Shown: positions 43,081 to 54,309 of the stretch, one piece after another
Position numbering within the stretch: the stretch's first letter is position 1
Layout: every line of letters starts with the position of its first letter
Source of the DNA: Escherichia phage N2
Reading direction: 5' to 3' (one strand)
Length of the DNA stretch: 64,000 bases
Sequence record: ON645936.1
The notes under the pieces: generated by a model
The model's input: the letters and a program-made list of their open reading frames with translations, nothing else
Database searches by the model: none
Told to the model about the DNA's origin: nothing
Translations under genes and position numbers: made by a program

Positions 43081-43734
43081 TTAATACTTGCAAGATTTCA
43101 CAGTTTCAATGAAAACACTTTTAGCTTTCTGTGAATCAATATTTAAAATTTTTCTATAAGCCTTTAACTTTATAGAATAATTATTCCAGACTAAATTATC
43201 AGTCTGTTCATCATGTTTATCAATTATATTTAAAAACGAATCAAGCAAGATAAACGTCTCAAACGAAATTATATTCGATTGAAGCAGTTTAAAAATATAA
43301 CTTGATTGAACTTTTGGATTATACTCAAAGATTTCTTTAAAAGCAGAAACTTCAACTTTTTTACTAAAATAATAAATGTTGCGAATATCTTCTTCAAACT
43401 TAAATTTAATTTGCTTTAAGCGTCCGATATATTCACGATAAAACACAAGTGCATCAGCGTCAGAGATGTCACCAATCCAAGCATCCTGGTTAGCAACAAG
43501 ATTGCTTATAAAGATTAAAGCAAGTTCCTTTAATTTATATTTTTCTGATAACTTCTGGAAAAAATACTTATCCCTTCGCTTTTGATAAGCGGCATCAGAC
43601 ACCCGCATGCACCAATTATACTTAATTACATCATACTTTCCATTCATATGTTGTTTTATCATTAAGTATAATTTATAAACTGATTTACCATCAATGTATC
43701 TTTCACCACCAGCAGGCATGCGGAGTTTAATCAT
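43081..43734 (-). CDS. 59: Helicase loader gp59
   Basis: 217 aa, T4 gp59 length and N-terminus MIKLRMPAGGERYIDGKS... Confidence 0.92.
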   Translation of the reverse strand: MIKLRMPAGGERYIDGKSVYKLYLMIKQHMNGKYDVIKYNWCMRVSDAAYQKRRDKYFFQKLSEKYKLKELALIFISNLVANQDAWIGDISDADALVFYREYIGRLKQIKFKFEEDIRNIYYFSKKVEVSAFKEIFEYNPKVQSSYIFKLLQSNIISFETFILLDSFLNIIDKHDEQTDNLVWNNYSIKLKAYRKILNIDSQKAKSVFIETVKSCKY

Positions 43735-44069
43735 AGTAGAAAATCTAATGTATTAGTTTTTTCACAACGAACAACAGAAGGACGTAAAAGATTTTCGTCA
43801 ATAGCTTCTGACTGAATTTTTTCAATTATACCCGAAGGAATAAATTTAGCAAATTGAGTTTCAGGAATAGAATTTTCTTCCAAGAATGCTGTTGTAGCTT
43901 CAAGATAACTCATTCCAAACTCTTCTACCATTTTTTCAATAATAAATCCATTTTCTTGACGGTCAAGAAGCTTTGCAATTTCATCCTTTTCTTTCTTAAT
44001 TGAAAGTTCTTTTTCTGAAAGACCGGTCTCATCGACTGGACGAATATCATTTAGAGAAAACTGTGTCAT
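43731..44069 (-). CDS. 33: Late transcription co-activator gp33
   Basis: Track ORF trimmed to MTQFSLNDIRP... (112 aa); position between dsbA and 59. Confidence 0.82.
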   Translation of the reverse strand: MTQFSLNDIRPVDETGLSEKELSIKKEKDEIAKLLDRQENGFIIEKMVEEFGMSYLEATTAFLEENSIPETQFAKFIPSGIIEKIQSEAIDENLLRPSVVRCEKTNTLDFLL

Positions 44070-44316
44070 AAAGTTCAACTACCTCTTCAGTTTCAGCTTC
44101 AAACACATCACGGTTATCTTTATGATACAAAGCTAAAAGACGATTAAACATCTTACCATCAACACCAAGTTCATCTTTAGCACGAATTCGAATATCTTTA
44201 ATCAATTCATTATAACCGGAAATTTTCAGTTTATGATCAGATGCTTCTTTAATAAATTTAGCTAAGTCTTCGCCATGGATAGCTTCATCAAATTCAACCA
44301 TTTCTTTTTTAGCCAT
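44047..44316 (-). CDS. dsbA: dsDNA-binding protein DsbA (late transcription enhancer)
   Basis: 89 aa, T4 DsbA length and position between rnh and 33. Confidence 0.8.
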   Translation of the reverse strand: MAKKEMVEFDEAIHGEDLAKFIKEASDHKLKISGYNELIKDIRIRAKDELGVDGKMFNRLLALYHKDNRDVFEAETEEVVELYDTVFSK

Positions 44317-44324
44317 TATTCACC

Positions 44325-45242
44325 TCAAAATTCATTAATGCTATTAGTTAATTTAGAAAGACCCGCTTTTACAAAATATGAATAAATTTTGCCACGCGGT
44401 GGTAATTTATATGAATTATAGTAATTCACAATGTTTGAAGCAATATTATCAGGAATATAATCAAAATCAATTAGAACTAAATTTTCTTTATATCGATTAT
44501 ATTCAGATTCAGTGAGAAGCACTTTAGCTTGCTCACGGTCATTAGCGATAGCTTCAACAATAGAGGTTTTCATTGAAGGAGTTCGTTCACCTTCAACTCT
44601 GGTAAACCAAAAGTCAGATCGTACTTTAACTGAAGCAACGTTATCCTTTTTATCACCCTTAAGAATTTTAGTCATACAGTCAATTTCAGCAGAACCGCTT
44701 TTAATTTTAACCCATTTCTTATGCATCGGTGACCATTGCTTAACATTTGGATACTTGTGAAGTTGAGTAAAGTCACCATCCGATGAAATGATTAAAATCT
44801 TGTGTCCTTCTAAAGAGAACTTTTTAACAAGAACAGCGATATGGTCATCTGCTTCATACTTATCAATATCCATAACAGTGTATGGCATATAAGCTTTCAA
44901 TTCATCTATAACTTTATGACTGGATTCAAAATAACCTTCCCAGTCCCAAGTAGATTCTTCTCGTGCTTTTCCACGGTTTTTCTTATAGTAATAAGCAAAA
45001 TCACGACGCCAATATCCTGATTTTGCGTTATCGATACACAGTACAATTTTAGTGTATCCAAGAGTTTTTGCTTTTTTGACATTAAACTTAATTGAGTTCA
45101 ATATCAAATGACGAACCATTGATAAATTAATTTTTTCTTTATCTGGAAAGTTTACTAAAGCAGTTGAAAGCGCAATCTGACTAAAGTCAATTAAGCAAAT
45201 TCCTTCTTTGTAATCTTCATCCAGCATCATTTCTAAATCCAT
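44325..45242 (-). CDS. rnh: RNase H / 5'-3' flap exonuclease
   Basis: Track ORF trimmed to MDLEMMLDEDYKEG... (305 aa); FEN-family acidic clusters. Confidence 0.92.
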   Translation of the reverse strand: MDLEMMLDEDYKEGICLIDFSQIALSTALVNFPDKEKINLSMVRHLILNSIKFNVKKAKTLGYTKIVLCIDNAKSGYWRRDFAYYYKKNRGKAREESTWDWEGYFESSHKVIDELKAYMPYTVMDIDKYEADDHIAVLVKKFSLEGHKILIISSDGDFTQLHKYPNVKQWSPMHKKWVKIKSGSAEIDCMTKILKGDKKDNVASVKVRSDFWFTRVEGERTPSMKTSIVEAIANDREQAKVLLTESEYNRYKENLVLIDFDYIPDNIASNIVNYYNSYKLPPRGKIYSYFVKAGLSKLTNSINEF

Positions 45243-45304
45243 ATGAACCTCGTTCAATTAGTGAGATTTCTATTATATACCATCCAAATCTTAAAGTAAA
45301 CAAG

Positions 45305-45312
45305 TATAAATA
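45305..45312 (+). promoter_or_regulatory. Late promoter TATAAATA (gene 34)
   Basis: Exact TATAAATA 35 nt upstream of gp34 ATG. Confidence 0.7.
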
Positions 45313-45346
45313 CTTATTATTGAAAACACAATAGGAGCCCGGGAGA

Positions 45347-48300
45347 ATGGCCGAGATTAAAAGAAAGTTCAGAGCAGAAGACGGTCTGGACGCAGGTGGC
45401 GATAAAATAATCAACGTAGCTTTAGCTGATCGTACCGTAGGAACTGACGGTGTCAACGTTGATTACTTAATTCAAGAAAACACAGTTCAACAATACGATC
45501 CAACTCGTGGATATTTAAAAGATTTTGTAATCATTTATGATAACCGCTTTTGGGCTGCTATAAATGATATTCCAAAACCAGCAGGAGCTTTTAATAGCGT
45601 ACGTTGGAGATCATTACGTACTGATGCTAATTGGACAACTGTTTCATCAGGACCTTATCAATTAAAGTCAGGCGAATCAATTTCAGTTGATACTGCAGCC
45701 GGTAATGACATTACATTTACTTTGCCATCTTCTCCAATTGATGGAGATACTATCGTTCTCCAAGACATTGGAGGAAAACCTGGTGTTAACCAAGTTTTAA
45801 TTACAGCTCCGGTGCAAAGCATTGTAAATTTTAGAGGTCAGCAAGTACGATCAGTACTAATGACTCATCCAAAATCACAGATAGTTTTAATTTTTAGTAA
45901 TCGTCTGTGGCAAATGTACGTTGCTGATTATAGCAGAGAAGCTGCAATTGTAACACCGGCAAGTCTTTATCAGGCGCAATCTAACGATTTTATCGTGCGT
46001 AGATTTACTTCCGCTGCGCCGATTAATATTAAACTTCCGAGATTTGCTAATCATGGCGATATTATTAATTTCGTCGATTTAGATAAACTAAATCCGCTTT
46101 ATCATACAATTGTTACTACATACGATGAAACGACTTCAATACAAGAAGTTGGAACTCATTCCATTGAAGGCCGTACAACAATTGACGGTTTCTTGATGTT
46201 TGATGATAATGAGAAATTGTGGAGATTGTTTGACGGGGATAGTAAAGCACGTTTACGTATTATAACAACTAATTCAAATATTCGTCCAAATGAAGAAGTC
46301 ATGGTATTTGGAGCGAATAACGGAACAACCCAAACAATTGAACTTCAACTTCCAACCGATATTTCCATTGGTGATACTGTTAAAATTTCCATGAATTACA
46401 TGAGAAAAGACCAAACAGTTAAAATCAAAGCTGCCGGTGAAGATAAAATTGCTTCTTCAGTTCAATTGTTGCAATTCCCAAAACGTTCAGAGTATCCGCC
46501 TGAAGCTGAATGGGTGACTGTTCAAGAATTAGTTTTTAACGGCGAAACTAATTATGTTCCAGTTTTAGAGCTTGCTTATATAGAAGATTCTGACGGAAAA
46601 TACTGGGTTGTACAACAAAACGTTCCAACCGTAGAAAGAGTTGATTCTTTAAATGATTCTACTAGAGCAAGATTAGGCGTGATTGCTTTAGCTACACAAG
46701 CTCAAGCTAATGTCGATTTAGAAAATTCTCCACAAAAAGAATTAGCAATTACTCCAGAAACATTAGCTAACCGTACTGCTACAGAAACTCGTAGAGGTAT
46801 CGCAAGAATAGCAACCACTGCTCAAGTGAATCAGAACACTACATTCTCTTTTGCTGATGATATTATCATCACTCCTAAAAAGCTGAATGAAAGAACTGCT
46901 ACAGAAACTCGTAGAGGTGTTGCTGAAATTGCTACGCAACAGGAAACTAATGCAGGTACTGATGATACTACAATCATCACTCCTAAAAAGCTTCAAGCTC
47001 GACAAGGTTCTGAATCATTATCTGGTATTGTAACCTTTGTATCTACCGCAGGAGCTACTCCAGCTTCTAGTCGTGAATTAAATGGTACAAACGTTTATAA
47101 TAAAAACACTAATAATTTAGTTGTTTCGCCTAAAGCTTTGGATCAGTATAAAGCTACTCCAACGCAACAAGGTGCAGTAATTTTAGCAGTTGAAAGTGAA
47201 GTAATTGCTGGACAAAGCCAAGAAGGATGGGCAAATGCGGTTGTAACGCCAGAAACGTTACATAAAAAGACATCAACTGATGCAAGAATTGGTTTAATTG
47301 AAATTGCTACGCAAAGTGAAGTTAATACAGGAACTGATTATACTCGTGCAGTCACTCCTAAAACTTTAAATGACCGTAAAGCAACTGAAAGTTTAAGTGG
47401 TATAGCTGAAATTGCTACACAAGTTGAATTCGACGCAGGCGTCGACGATACTCGTATCTCTACACCATTAAAAATTAAAACCAGATTTAATAGTACTGAT
47501 CGTACTTCTGTTGTTGCTCTATCTGGATTAGTTGAATCAGGAACTCTCTGGGACCATTATACCCTTAATATTCTTGAAGCAAATGAGACACAACGTGGTA
47601 CACTTCGTGTGGCTACGCAAGTTGAAGCTGCTGCAGGAACATTAGATAATGTTTTAATAACTCCTAAAAAGCTTTTAGGTACTAAATCTACTGAAGCACA
47701 GGAAGGTGTTATTAAAGTTGCAACTCAGTCTGAAACTGTAGTTGGAACGTCAGCAAATACTGCTGTATCTCCAAAAAATTTAAAATGGATTGTACAGAGT
47801 GAACCTACTTGGGCAGCTACTACTCTGGTAAGAGGTTTTGTTAAAACTTCATCTGGTTCAATTACATTCGTTGGTAATGATACAGTTGGTTCAACACAGT
47901 CATTAGAATTATACGAGAAAAATAGCTATGCAGTATCACCATATGAATTAAACCGTGTATTAGCAAATTATTTGCCGTTAAAAGCAAAAGCCGTAGATAG
48001 TAATTTACTGGATGGTCTAGATTCATCTCAGTTCATTCGTAGGGATATTGCACAAACGGTTAATGGTTCACTAACCTTAACCCAACAAACGAATCTGAGT
48101 GCCCCTCTTGTATCATCTAGTACTGCTACGTTTGGTGGATCAGTTTCAGCAAATAGTACACTAACCATTTCTAATACTGATGGAACAGCAACTCGTCTGA
48201 TTTTTGAGAAAGGACCTCAAACTGGAACGAACCCGGCTCAAACGATGACAGTCAGCGTGTGGGGGAATCAATTTAGTGGGGAATCAAACACAACACGTTC

Positions 48301-49219
48301 TACCGTATTTGAAGTTAGTGATGAAACATCTTATCACTTTTATTCTCAACGCGATAAAGATGGTAATATAGCATTTAGCATTAATGGTACTGTAATGCCA
48401 ATAAATGTGAATGCTTTAGGTTCTTTGAACGCGAACGGCGTTGCAACATTCGGTAGTTCAGTTACTGCTAATGGCGAATTTATCAGTAAATCGTCGAATG
48501 CTTTTAGAGCAATAAACGGTGATTATGGATTCTTTATTCGTAATGATGCTGCTAACACCTATTTTATGCTTACTGCATCTGGCGATCAGACTGGTGGATT
48601 TAATGGATTACGTCCATTATCAATTAATAATCAATCTGGTCAAGTAACGATTGGTGAAAGCTTAATCATTGCCAAAGGTGCTACTATAACTTCAGGTGGT
48701 TTAACTGTCAACTCGAGAATTCGTTCTCAGGGTACTAAAACCGCTGATTTATACACCCGTGCACCGACATCTGATACTGTAGGATTCTGGTCAATCGATA
48801 TTAACGATTCAGCTACTTATAACCAATTCCCGGGTTATTTTAAAATGGTTGAAAAAACTAATGAAGTGACTGGACTTCCATACTTAGAACGTGGCGAAGA
48901 GGTTAAATCTCCTGGTACATTGACTCAGTTTGGTAACACACTCGATTCGCTTTACCAAGATTGGATTACTTATCCAACGACCCCAGAAGCGCGCACCACT
49001 CGCTGGACACGTACATGGCAGAAAACCAAAAATTCTTGGTCAAGCTTTGTTCAGGTATTTGATGGAGGTAACCCTCCTCAGCCATCTGATATCGGTGCTT
49101 TACCATCTGATAATGCTACAATGGGGAATCTTACTATTCGTGATTTCTTACGAATTGGTAATGTTCGCATTGTTCCTGACCCAGTGAATAAATCTGTTAA
49201 ATTTGAATGGGTTGAATAA
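45347..49219 (+). CDS. 34: Long tail fibre proximal subunit gp34
   Basis: 1290 aa; late promoter 35 nt upstream; internal ...TRRG.A.IAT... sequence repeats. Confidence 0.93.
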   Translation: MAEIKRKFRAEDGLDAGGDKIINVALADRTVGTDGVNVDYLIQENTVQQYDPTRGYLKDFVIIYDNRFWAAINDIPKPAGAFNSVRWRSLRTDANWTTVSSGPYQLKSGESISVDTAAGNDITFTLPSSPIDGDTIVLQDIGGKPGVNQVLITAPVQSIVNFRGQQVRSVLMTHPKSQIVLIFSNRLWQMYVADYSREAAIVTPASLYQAQSNDFIVRRFTSAAPINIKLPRFANHGDIINFVDLDKLNPLYHTIVTTYDETTSIQEVGTHSIEGRTTIDGFLMFDDNEKLWRLFDGDSKARLRIITTNSNIRPNEEVMVFGANNGTTQTIELQLPTDISIGDTVKISMNYMRKDQTVKIKAAGEDKIASSVQLLQFPKRSEYPPEAEWVTVQELVFNGETNYVPVLELAYIEDSDGKYWVVQQNVPTVERVDSLNDSTRARLGVIALATQAQANVDLENSPQKELAITPETLANRTATETRRGIARIATTAQVNQNTTFSFADDIIITPKKLNERTATETRRGVAEIATQQETNAGTDDTTIITPKKLQARQGSESLSGIVTFVSTAGATPASSRELNGTNVYNKNTNNLVVSPKALDQYKATPTQQGAVILAVESEVIAGQSQEGWANAVVTPETLHKKTSTDARIGLIEIATQSEVNTGTDYTRAVTPKTLNDRKATESLSGIAEIATQVEFDAGVDDTRISTPLKIKTRFNSTDRTSVVALSGLVESGTLWDHYTLNILEANETQRGTLRVATQVEAAAGTLDNVLITPKKLLGTKSTEAQEGVIKVATQSETVVGTSANTAVSPKNLKWIVQSEPTWAATTLVRGFVKTSSGSITFVGNDTVGSTQSLELYEKNSYAVSPYELNRVLANYLPLKAKAVDSNLLDGLDSSQFIRRDIAQTVNGSLTLTQQTNLSAPLVSSSTATFGGSVSANSTLTISNTDGTATRLIFEKGPQTGTNPAQTMTVSVWGNQFSGESNTTRSTVFEVSDETSYHFYSQRDKDGNIAFSINGTVMPINVNALGSLNANGVATFGSSVTANGEFISKSSNAFRAINGDYGFFIRNDAANTYFMLTASGDQTGGFNGLRPLSINNQSGQVTIGESLIIAKGATITSGGLTVNSRIRSQGTKTADLYTRAPTSDTVGFWSIDINDSATYNQFPGYFKMVEKTNEVTGLPYLERGEEVKSPGTLTQFGNTLDSLYQDWITYPTTPEARTTRWTRTWQKTKNSWSSFVQVFDGGNPPQPSDIGALPSDNATMGNLTIRDFLRIGNVRIVPDPVNKSVKFEWVE

Positions 49220-49227
49220 GAGGTATT

Positions 49228-50343
49228 ATGGAAAAATTTATGGCAGAGTTTGGACAAGGATATGTCCAAACGCCATTTTTATCGGAAAGCAATTCAGTAA
49301 GATACAAAATAAGCATAGCGGGTTCTTGCCCGCTTTCTACAGCAGGACCATACGTTAAATTTCAGGATAATCCTATCGGAAGTCAAACATTTAGCGCAGG
49401 ACTTCATTTAAGAGTTTTTGACCCTTCTACAGGAGCATTAGTTGATAGTAAGTCATATGCTTTTTCGACTTCAAATGATACTACATCAGCTGCTTTTGTT
49501 AGTTTCATGAATTCTTTTTCAAACAACAGACTTGTTGCTATATTAACCAGCGGAAAGGTTAATTTTCCTCCTGAGGTAGTATCTTGGCTAAGAGCCGCGG
49601 GAACGTCTGCTTTTCCATCTGATTCTATATTGTCAAGATTTGACGTATCATATGCTGCTTTTTACACTTCTTCTAAAAGAGCTATTGCATTAGAGCATGT
49701 TAAACTGAGCAACAGAAAAAGCACAGATGACTATCAAACTATTTTAGATGTGGTGTTTGACAGTTTAGAAGACGTTGGAGCTACCGGCTTTCCAAGAAGA
49801 ACGTATGAAAGCGTTGAGCAATTTATGTCAGCGGTTGGTGGAACTAATAACGAAATTGCGCGATTGCCAACTTCAGCTGCCATAAGTAAATTATCTGATT
49901 ATAATTTAATTCCTGGTGATGTTCTTTATCTTAAAACACAGCTATACGCCGATGCTGATTTACTTGCGCTTGGAACCACAAATATATCTATCCGTTTTTA
50001 TAATGCATCAAATGGATATATTTCTTCAACACAAGCTGAGTTTACCGGGCAAGCTGGGTCTTGGGAATTAAAAGAAGATTATGTAGTTGTTCCAGAAAAC
50101 GCTGTGGGATTTACGATATATGCACAAAGAACTGCACAAGCTGGCCAAGGTGGCATGAGAAATTTAAGCTTTTCTGAAGTATCAAGAAACGGCGGTATTT
50201 CAAAACCTGCTGAATTTGGCGTCAATGGTATTCGTGTTAATTATATCTGTGAATCTGCTTCACCTCCGGATATAATGGTACTTCCTACACAAGCATCGTC
50301 TAAAACTGGTAAAGTGTTTGGGCAAGAATTTAGAGAAGTATAA
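49228..50343 (+). CDS. 35: Long tail fibre hinge connector gp35
   Basis: 371 aa at T4 gp35 position; hairpin terminator after stop. Confidence 0.9.
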   Translation: MEKFMAEFGQGYVQTPFLSESNSVRYKISIAGSCPLSTAGPYVKFQDNPIGSQTFSAGLHLRVFDPSTGALVDSKSYAFSTSNDTTSAAFVSFMNSFSNNRLVAILTSGKVNFPPEVVSWLRAAGTSAFPSDSILSRFDVSYAAFYTSSKRAIALEHVKLSNRKSTDDYQTILDVVFDSLEDVGATGFPRRTYESVEQFMSAVGGTNNEIARLPTSAAISKLSDYNLIPGDVLYLKTQLYADADLLALGTTNISIRFYNASNGYISSTQAEFTGQAGSWELKEDYVVVPENAVGFTIYAQRTAQAGQGGMRNLSFSEVSRNGGISKPAEFGVNGIRVNYICESASPPDIMVLPTQASSKTGKVFGQEFREV

Positions 50344-50344
50344 A

Positions 50345-50372
50345 TTGAGGGAGCCTTCGGGTTCCCTTTTTC
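50345..50372 (+). terminator. Intrinsic terminator after gene 35
   Basis: GGGAGCC-UUCG-GGUUCCC hairpin followed by UUUUUCUUU. Confidence 0.7.
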
Positions 50373-50374
50373 TT

Positions 50375-50382
50375 TATAAATA
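50375..50382 (+). promoter_or_regulatory. Late promoter TATAAATA (gene 36)
   Basis: Exact TATAAATA 24 nt upstream of gp36 ATG, after gp35 terminator. Confidence 0.7.
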
Positions 50383-50405
50383 CTATTAAAATAAAGGGGC
50401 ATACA

Positions 50406-51071
50406 ATGGCTGATTTAAAAGTAGGTTCAACAACTGGAGGCTCTGTCATTTGGCATCAAGGAAATTTTCCATTGAATCCAGCCGGTGACGATGTACTCTA
50501 TAAATCATTTAAAATATATTCAGAATATAATAAACCACAAGCTGCTGATAACGATTTCGTTTCTAAAGCTAATGGTGGTACTTATGCGTCAAAGGTAACA
50601 TTTAACGGCGGCGTGCAAATACCATATGCTATAAACAATACAAACCAAAGCGGTATTTATCCTGGCAATGGTGATGCTGCTACTTTTGATACAGCAAATA
50701 TTGATATTGTTTCATGGTATGGTATTGGTTTTAAATCATCACAGGGTTCAGCAGCCAGAACTGTAGTAATCAATACACGTAATGGTGATATTAGTACAAA
50801 AGGTGTTGTATCCGCTGCAGGTCAAGTAAGAAGTGATATGCCGACGCCAATTGCAGCGAATGACCTTACTAGAAAGGACTATGTTGATGGAGCAATAAAT
50901 ACTGTTACGGCAAATGCGAACTCTAGGGTGTTGCGTTCTGGTGACACTATGATTGGTAATTTAACCGCACCAAACTTTTTCTCGCAGAATCCTGCATCTC
51001 AACCTTCTCACGTTCCACGATTTGACCAAATCGTAATTAAGGATTCTGTTCAAGATTTCGGCTATTATTAA
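50406..51071 (+). CDS. 36: Long tail fibre distal connector gp36
   Basis: 221 aa, T4 gp36 length; TATAAATA 24 nt upstream. Confidence 0.9.
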   Translation: MADLKVGSTTGGSVIWHQGNFPLNPAGDDVLYKSFKIYSEYNKPQAADNDFVSKANGGTYASKVTFNGGVQIPYAINNTNQSGIYPGNGDAATFDTANIDIVSWYGIGFKSSQGSAARTVVINTRNGDISTKGVVSAAGQVRSDMPTPIAANDLTRKDYVDGAINTVTANANSRVLRSGDTMIGNLTAPNFFSQNPASQPSHVPRFDQIVIKDSVQDFGYY

Positions 51072-51079
51072 GAGGACTT

Positions 51080-54000
51080 ATGGCTACTTTAAAACAAATA
51101 CAATTTAAAAGAAGCAAAACCGCAGGTGCACGTCCTGCTGCTTCAGTATTAGCCGAAGGTGAATTGGCTATAAACTTAAAAGATAGAACAATTTTTACTA
51201 AAGATGATACAGGAAATATCATTGACTTAAGCATTTCTGCTGGTGGTAATATCAGTGGAAATATCACTCAAACCGGAGATTATACACAGACTGGAAAATT
51301 TAATTTAATTGGTCCGCAAATTGTAGCAAGCGGTGGATATATTGAGTTTAATTATCGTACGACTGGAAGCGGCTCGTGGTCTGGTCAACACGCTGCAAAA
51401 GCTCCAATTTTTGTAGATTTGAGCTCCGCTCTTTCCACATCTGAATATAATCCTATAATTAAACAGCGCTTTAAAGATGGAACTTTTTCTGTTGGTACGT
51501 TAGTAAATGAAGGAAGTTTTAAGATTCATTATATCAATGAATCGGGAACTTCAAAATACTGGACATTTCGTAGAGATGGTGGATTTGTTGTTGATACAGG
51601 AAGTTTGACAGTATCAGATGGTAATATTTCTGCATCAGGCAATATTAACTCGGCAACTGGATTTGTTTCTGCACCACGCGTCAATACAAAAAATATTAAC
51701 TTGAGTTCTAAAACCTTTATCACGAATAATGACGCGGGTTATGACATTGTTTCTTTACCTACCTGGGTTTATAACCCACCGGCCGATGGTTCCGACAATA
51801 CTACAAATGGATTGAACTATTTGCGTAAATTACGTGCATCAAGTGCAGCAAGTATTTTCCATGAAATTGCCGATTGCCGAAAAGGTAAGCCACAAGAAAT
51901 TTCTTGGTGGACAGGCGTAGGCCCGGAATCTTTCCTATGGGCGTTTGATATCTCCGGTCGTATTACTGCAGGTAAATCTATTTCAGTAGGTCTTCCTGAT
52001 AACGGTGCAAATGGACGTTATCCTTTAGATTCTGCCATTTCTATCGGTATTGCAATTGGTGATAATGACACCGGTATTAAATGGGTCCGCGATGGCGTTT
52101 ATGACCTGATGGCTAACGGTATTTCATCCGCTACCATTTTGAACAACGGTATTAATAGTACTAAAAAATTGATGGTTGGTTATAGCCGCGATTCTGGTAC
52201 TACTTGGGATTACCCAAATAACAACCAAGCAATGTTTACTGCGCGTACCGATGTTGATGGTAATAATAACGGCGATGGTCAGACTCATATCGGTTATAAC
52301 AGTAATTCTAAAATGTATCACTATTTCCGTGGCACGGGTCGTATGTCTGTTAGCATGGGCGATGGACTTCTTGTTGAGCCAGGTATTTTAGATATTAAAA
52401 CTGGGTCTAATAGAGTTGCTATTAGAGCAGATGGTACATTTGACTCAACTCAACGTATTTCAATGCGTACGGGCTTGTTTTTAAATGGTGATGATAATAC
52501 CAATGCTTTGTCATTTAAAGCTCCTTCCGGTGTAGATGGTACCAAAACTATTAACTGGGATGCAGGCACTCGTAACGGACAGAATAAAAATACTGTTTCA
52601 ATTAAAGCATGGGGTAATGCCTTTAACTCAGTTCCCGGTATTAGAGAAACTGTATTTGAAGTATATGATTCACAAGGTTATTATTTTTATTCACAACGCC
52701 AGCGCCCAGAAGGTTCTGAAACTGTTGGGCCCGTTGTAACCCAGTTCAATGGACCAGTTAATGCTAACGGCTCTATTAGCACTGCAGGAAATCTTAAAGT
52801 TGATGGTTTAAGCACTTTAAACGGTAATGTTACAATGAAGAACGGCTTGTTTGTCCAAGGTGGTTCTTCTATTACCGGACAAGTAAAAATTGGTGGAACA
52901 GCTGATGCATTAAGAATTTGGAATGCCGAATACGGTGCTATTTTCCGTCGCTCAGAAACAGCATTACATATTATCCCGACTCCTAAAGATGCTGGTGAAA
53001 GTGGTGGAATAAGTAATCTCCGCCCATTAAGTATTAGTCTTAATAATGGTATGGTACAAATGCGTCATTCGGTTACATTAGGCGACGATGGATTAGGCGG
53101 CAATATGGTTACTATTGATAATGATAGTAAACTTGTTGTGATAACTTCTAATACCAGATTAAGCCCTAATTTCCGCATGCAAATAGGCCACTCGTCTTAT
53201 ATTGATGTTGAATGCACTAACTCTGTTCGCCCGGCAGGTGCTGGTTCGTTTGCTTCACAGAATAACGAAAATGTTCGTGCACCGTTCTATATGAATATCG
53301 ACCGTGGTGATAATAGTACTTATATTCCAATTTTGAAGCAACGTTACGTTCAAGGAGATAGTACTTATTCTATTGGCACCTTAATTTCTCAAGGAGACTT
53401 CCGCGTACATTATCACCAGGGCACTAGTACTACCGGAACTGATATAAGTTGGGAATTCCGTCGTACTGGTGACTTCCGCACACCTGGTAAAATTATTGCC
53501 GGTGCTGCTACTCTTGGCACTGATGGCAATATTACGGGTGGTTCTGGTAACTTTGCTAACTTAAACAGTACAATTGAATCACTTAAAACTGATATTGTTT
53601 CAAGTTATCCTATTGGAGCTCCAATTCCATGGCCAACGGATACTCCTCCTGACGGTTACGCTATTATGGAAGGTCAGACTTTTGATAAGTCTGCATATCC
53701 AAAGCTAGCTGTTGCATATCCTAGCGGTGTTATTCCAGATATGCGCGGGCAGACTATCAAGGGTAAACCAAGCGGTCGTGATGTTTTGAGCGCAGAAGCA
53801 GATGGTGTTAAGGCTCATAGCCATAGTGCATCTGCTTCAAATACTGACTTAGGCACTAAAACCACATCAAGCTTTGACTATGGTACGAAGAACACTAATA
53901 GTACTGGTGCTCACACTCACTCTGTAAGTGGTACAACAAGTGCTGCTGGTAACCACGCTCATCACTTAGGTCTACTATTAGTTATCGGCGATGATGCTTT

Positions 54001-54154
54001 GTACGGTTATACAACCATTGGTAACAGTCTACCTAGAACACTTGACTGGCTTGACAAAGAGACAATAAGTTCCCTAACACTAACACAACTGGTAACCATA
54101 CACACACATGGTCTGGTACTACAAGCGGTGCTGGTGACCATTCCCACTCTGTAG
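51080..54154 (+). CDS. 37: Long tail fibre distal subunit gp37, main reading frame (ends prematurely relative to conserved C-terminus)
   Basis: 1024 codons; T4 gp37-like body with HxH boxes ([21 protein letters not shown]); final ~30 codons look out of frame. Confidence 0.88.
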   Translation: MATLKQIQFKRSKTAGARPAASVLAEGELAINLKDRTIFTKDDTGNIIDLSISAGGNISGNITQTGDYTQTGKFNLIGPQIVASGGYIEFNYRTTGSGSWSGQHAAKAPIFVDLSSALSTSEYNPIIKQRFKDGTFSVGTLVNEGSFKIHYINESGTSKYWTFRRDGGFVVDTGSLTVSDGNISASGNINSATGFVSAPRVNTKNINLSSKTFITNNDAGYDIVSLPTWVYNPPADGSDNTTNGLNYLRKLRASSAASIFHEIADCRKGKPQEISWWTGVGPESFLWAFDISGRITAGKSISVGLPDNGANGRYPLDSAISIGIAIGDNDTGIKWVRDGVYDLMANGISSATILNNGINSTKKLMVGYSRDSGTTWDYPNNNQAMFTARTDVDGNNNGDGQTHIGYNSNSKMYHYFRGTGRMSVSMGDGLLVEPGILDIKTGSNRVAIRADGTFDSTQRISMRTGLFLNGDDNTNALSFKAPSGVDGTKTINWDAGTRNGQNKNTVSIKAWGNAFNSVPGIRETVFEVYDSQGYYFYSQRQRPEGSETVGPVVTQFNGPVNANGSISTAGNLKVDGLSTLNGNVTMKNGLFVQGGSSITGQVKIGGTADALRIWNAEYGAIFRRSETALHIIPTPKDAGESGGISNLRPLSISLNNGMVQMRHSVTLGDDGLGGNMVTIDNDSKLVVITSNTRLSPNFRMQIGHSSYIDVECTNSVRPAGAGSFASQNNENVRAPFYMNIDRGDNSTYIPILKQRYVQGDSTYSIGTLISQGDFRVHYHQGTSTTGTDISWEFRRTGDFRTPGKIIAGAATLGTDGNITGGSGNFANLNSTIESLKTDIVSSYPIGAPIPWPTDTPPDGYAIMEGQTFDKSAYPKLAVAYPSGVIPDMRGQTIKGKPSGRDVLSAEADGVKAHSHSASASNTDLGTKTTSSFDYGTKNTNSTGAHTHSVSGTTSAAGNHAHHLGLLLVIGDDALYGYTTIGNSLPRTLDWLDKETISSLTLTQLVTIHTHGLVLQAVLVTIPTL

Positions 54155-54282
54155 GTATTGGTGCTCATACCCACACGGTAGCGATTGGTTCGCATGGTCA
54201 TACTATCACTGTAAATAGTACAGGTAATACAGAAAACACGGTTAAAAACATTGCTTTTAACTATATCGTTCGTTTAGCATAA
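54055..54282 (+). pseudogene. 37: gp37 C-terminal segment in the -1 frame (His-box needle repeat and conserved ...[11 protein letters not shown] terminus)
   Basis: Frame 1 reads ...[70 protein letters not shown] then hairpin terminator; joins main frame only via 1-nt shift near 54046-54070. Confidence 0.75.
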
Positions 54283-54306
54283 GGAGAGGGGCTTCGGCCC
54301 CTTCTA
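54283..54306 (+). terminator. Hairpin after gene 37
   Basis: GGGGC-UUCG-GCCCC hairpin directly after the [10 protein letters not shown] stop. Confidence 0.6.
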
Positions 54307-54309
54307 AAT

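Noticed and set aside
45347-49219. Internal DNA repeats in gene 34 (…ETRRG.A.IATQ… motifs) as possible mobile or repeat elements
   Set aside because: These are in-frame protein domain repeats characteristic of the fibre shaft, not independent repeat elements.
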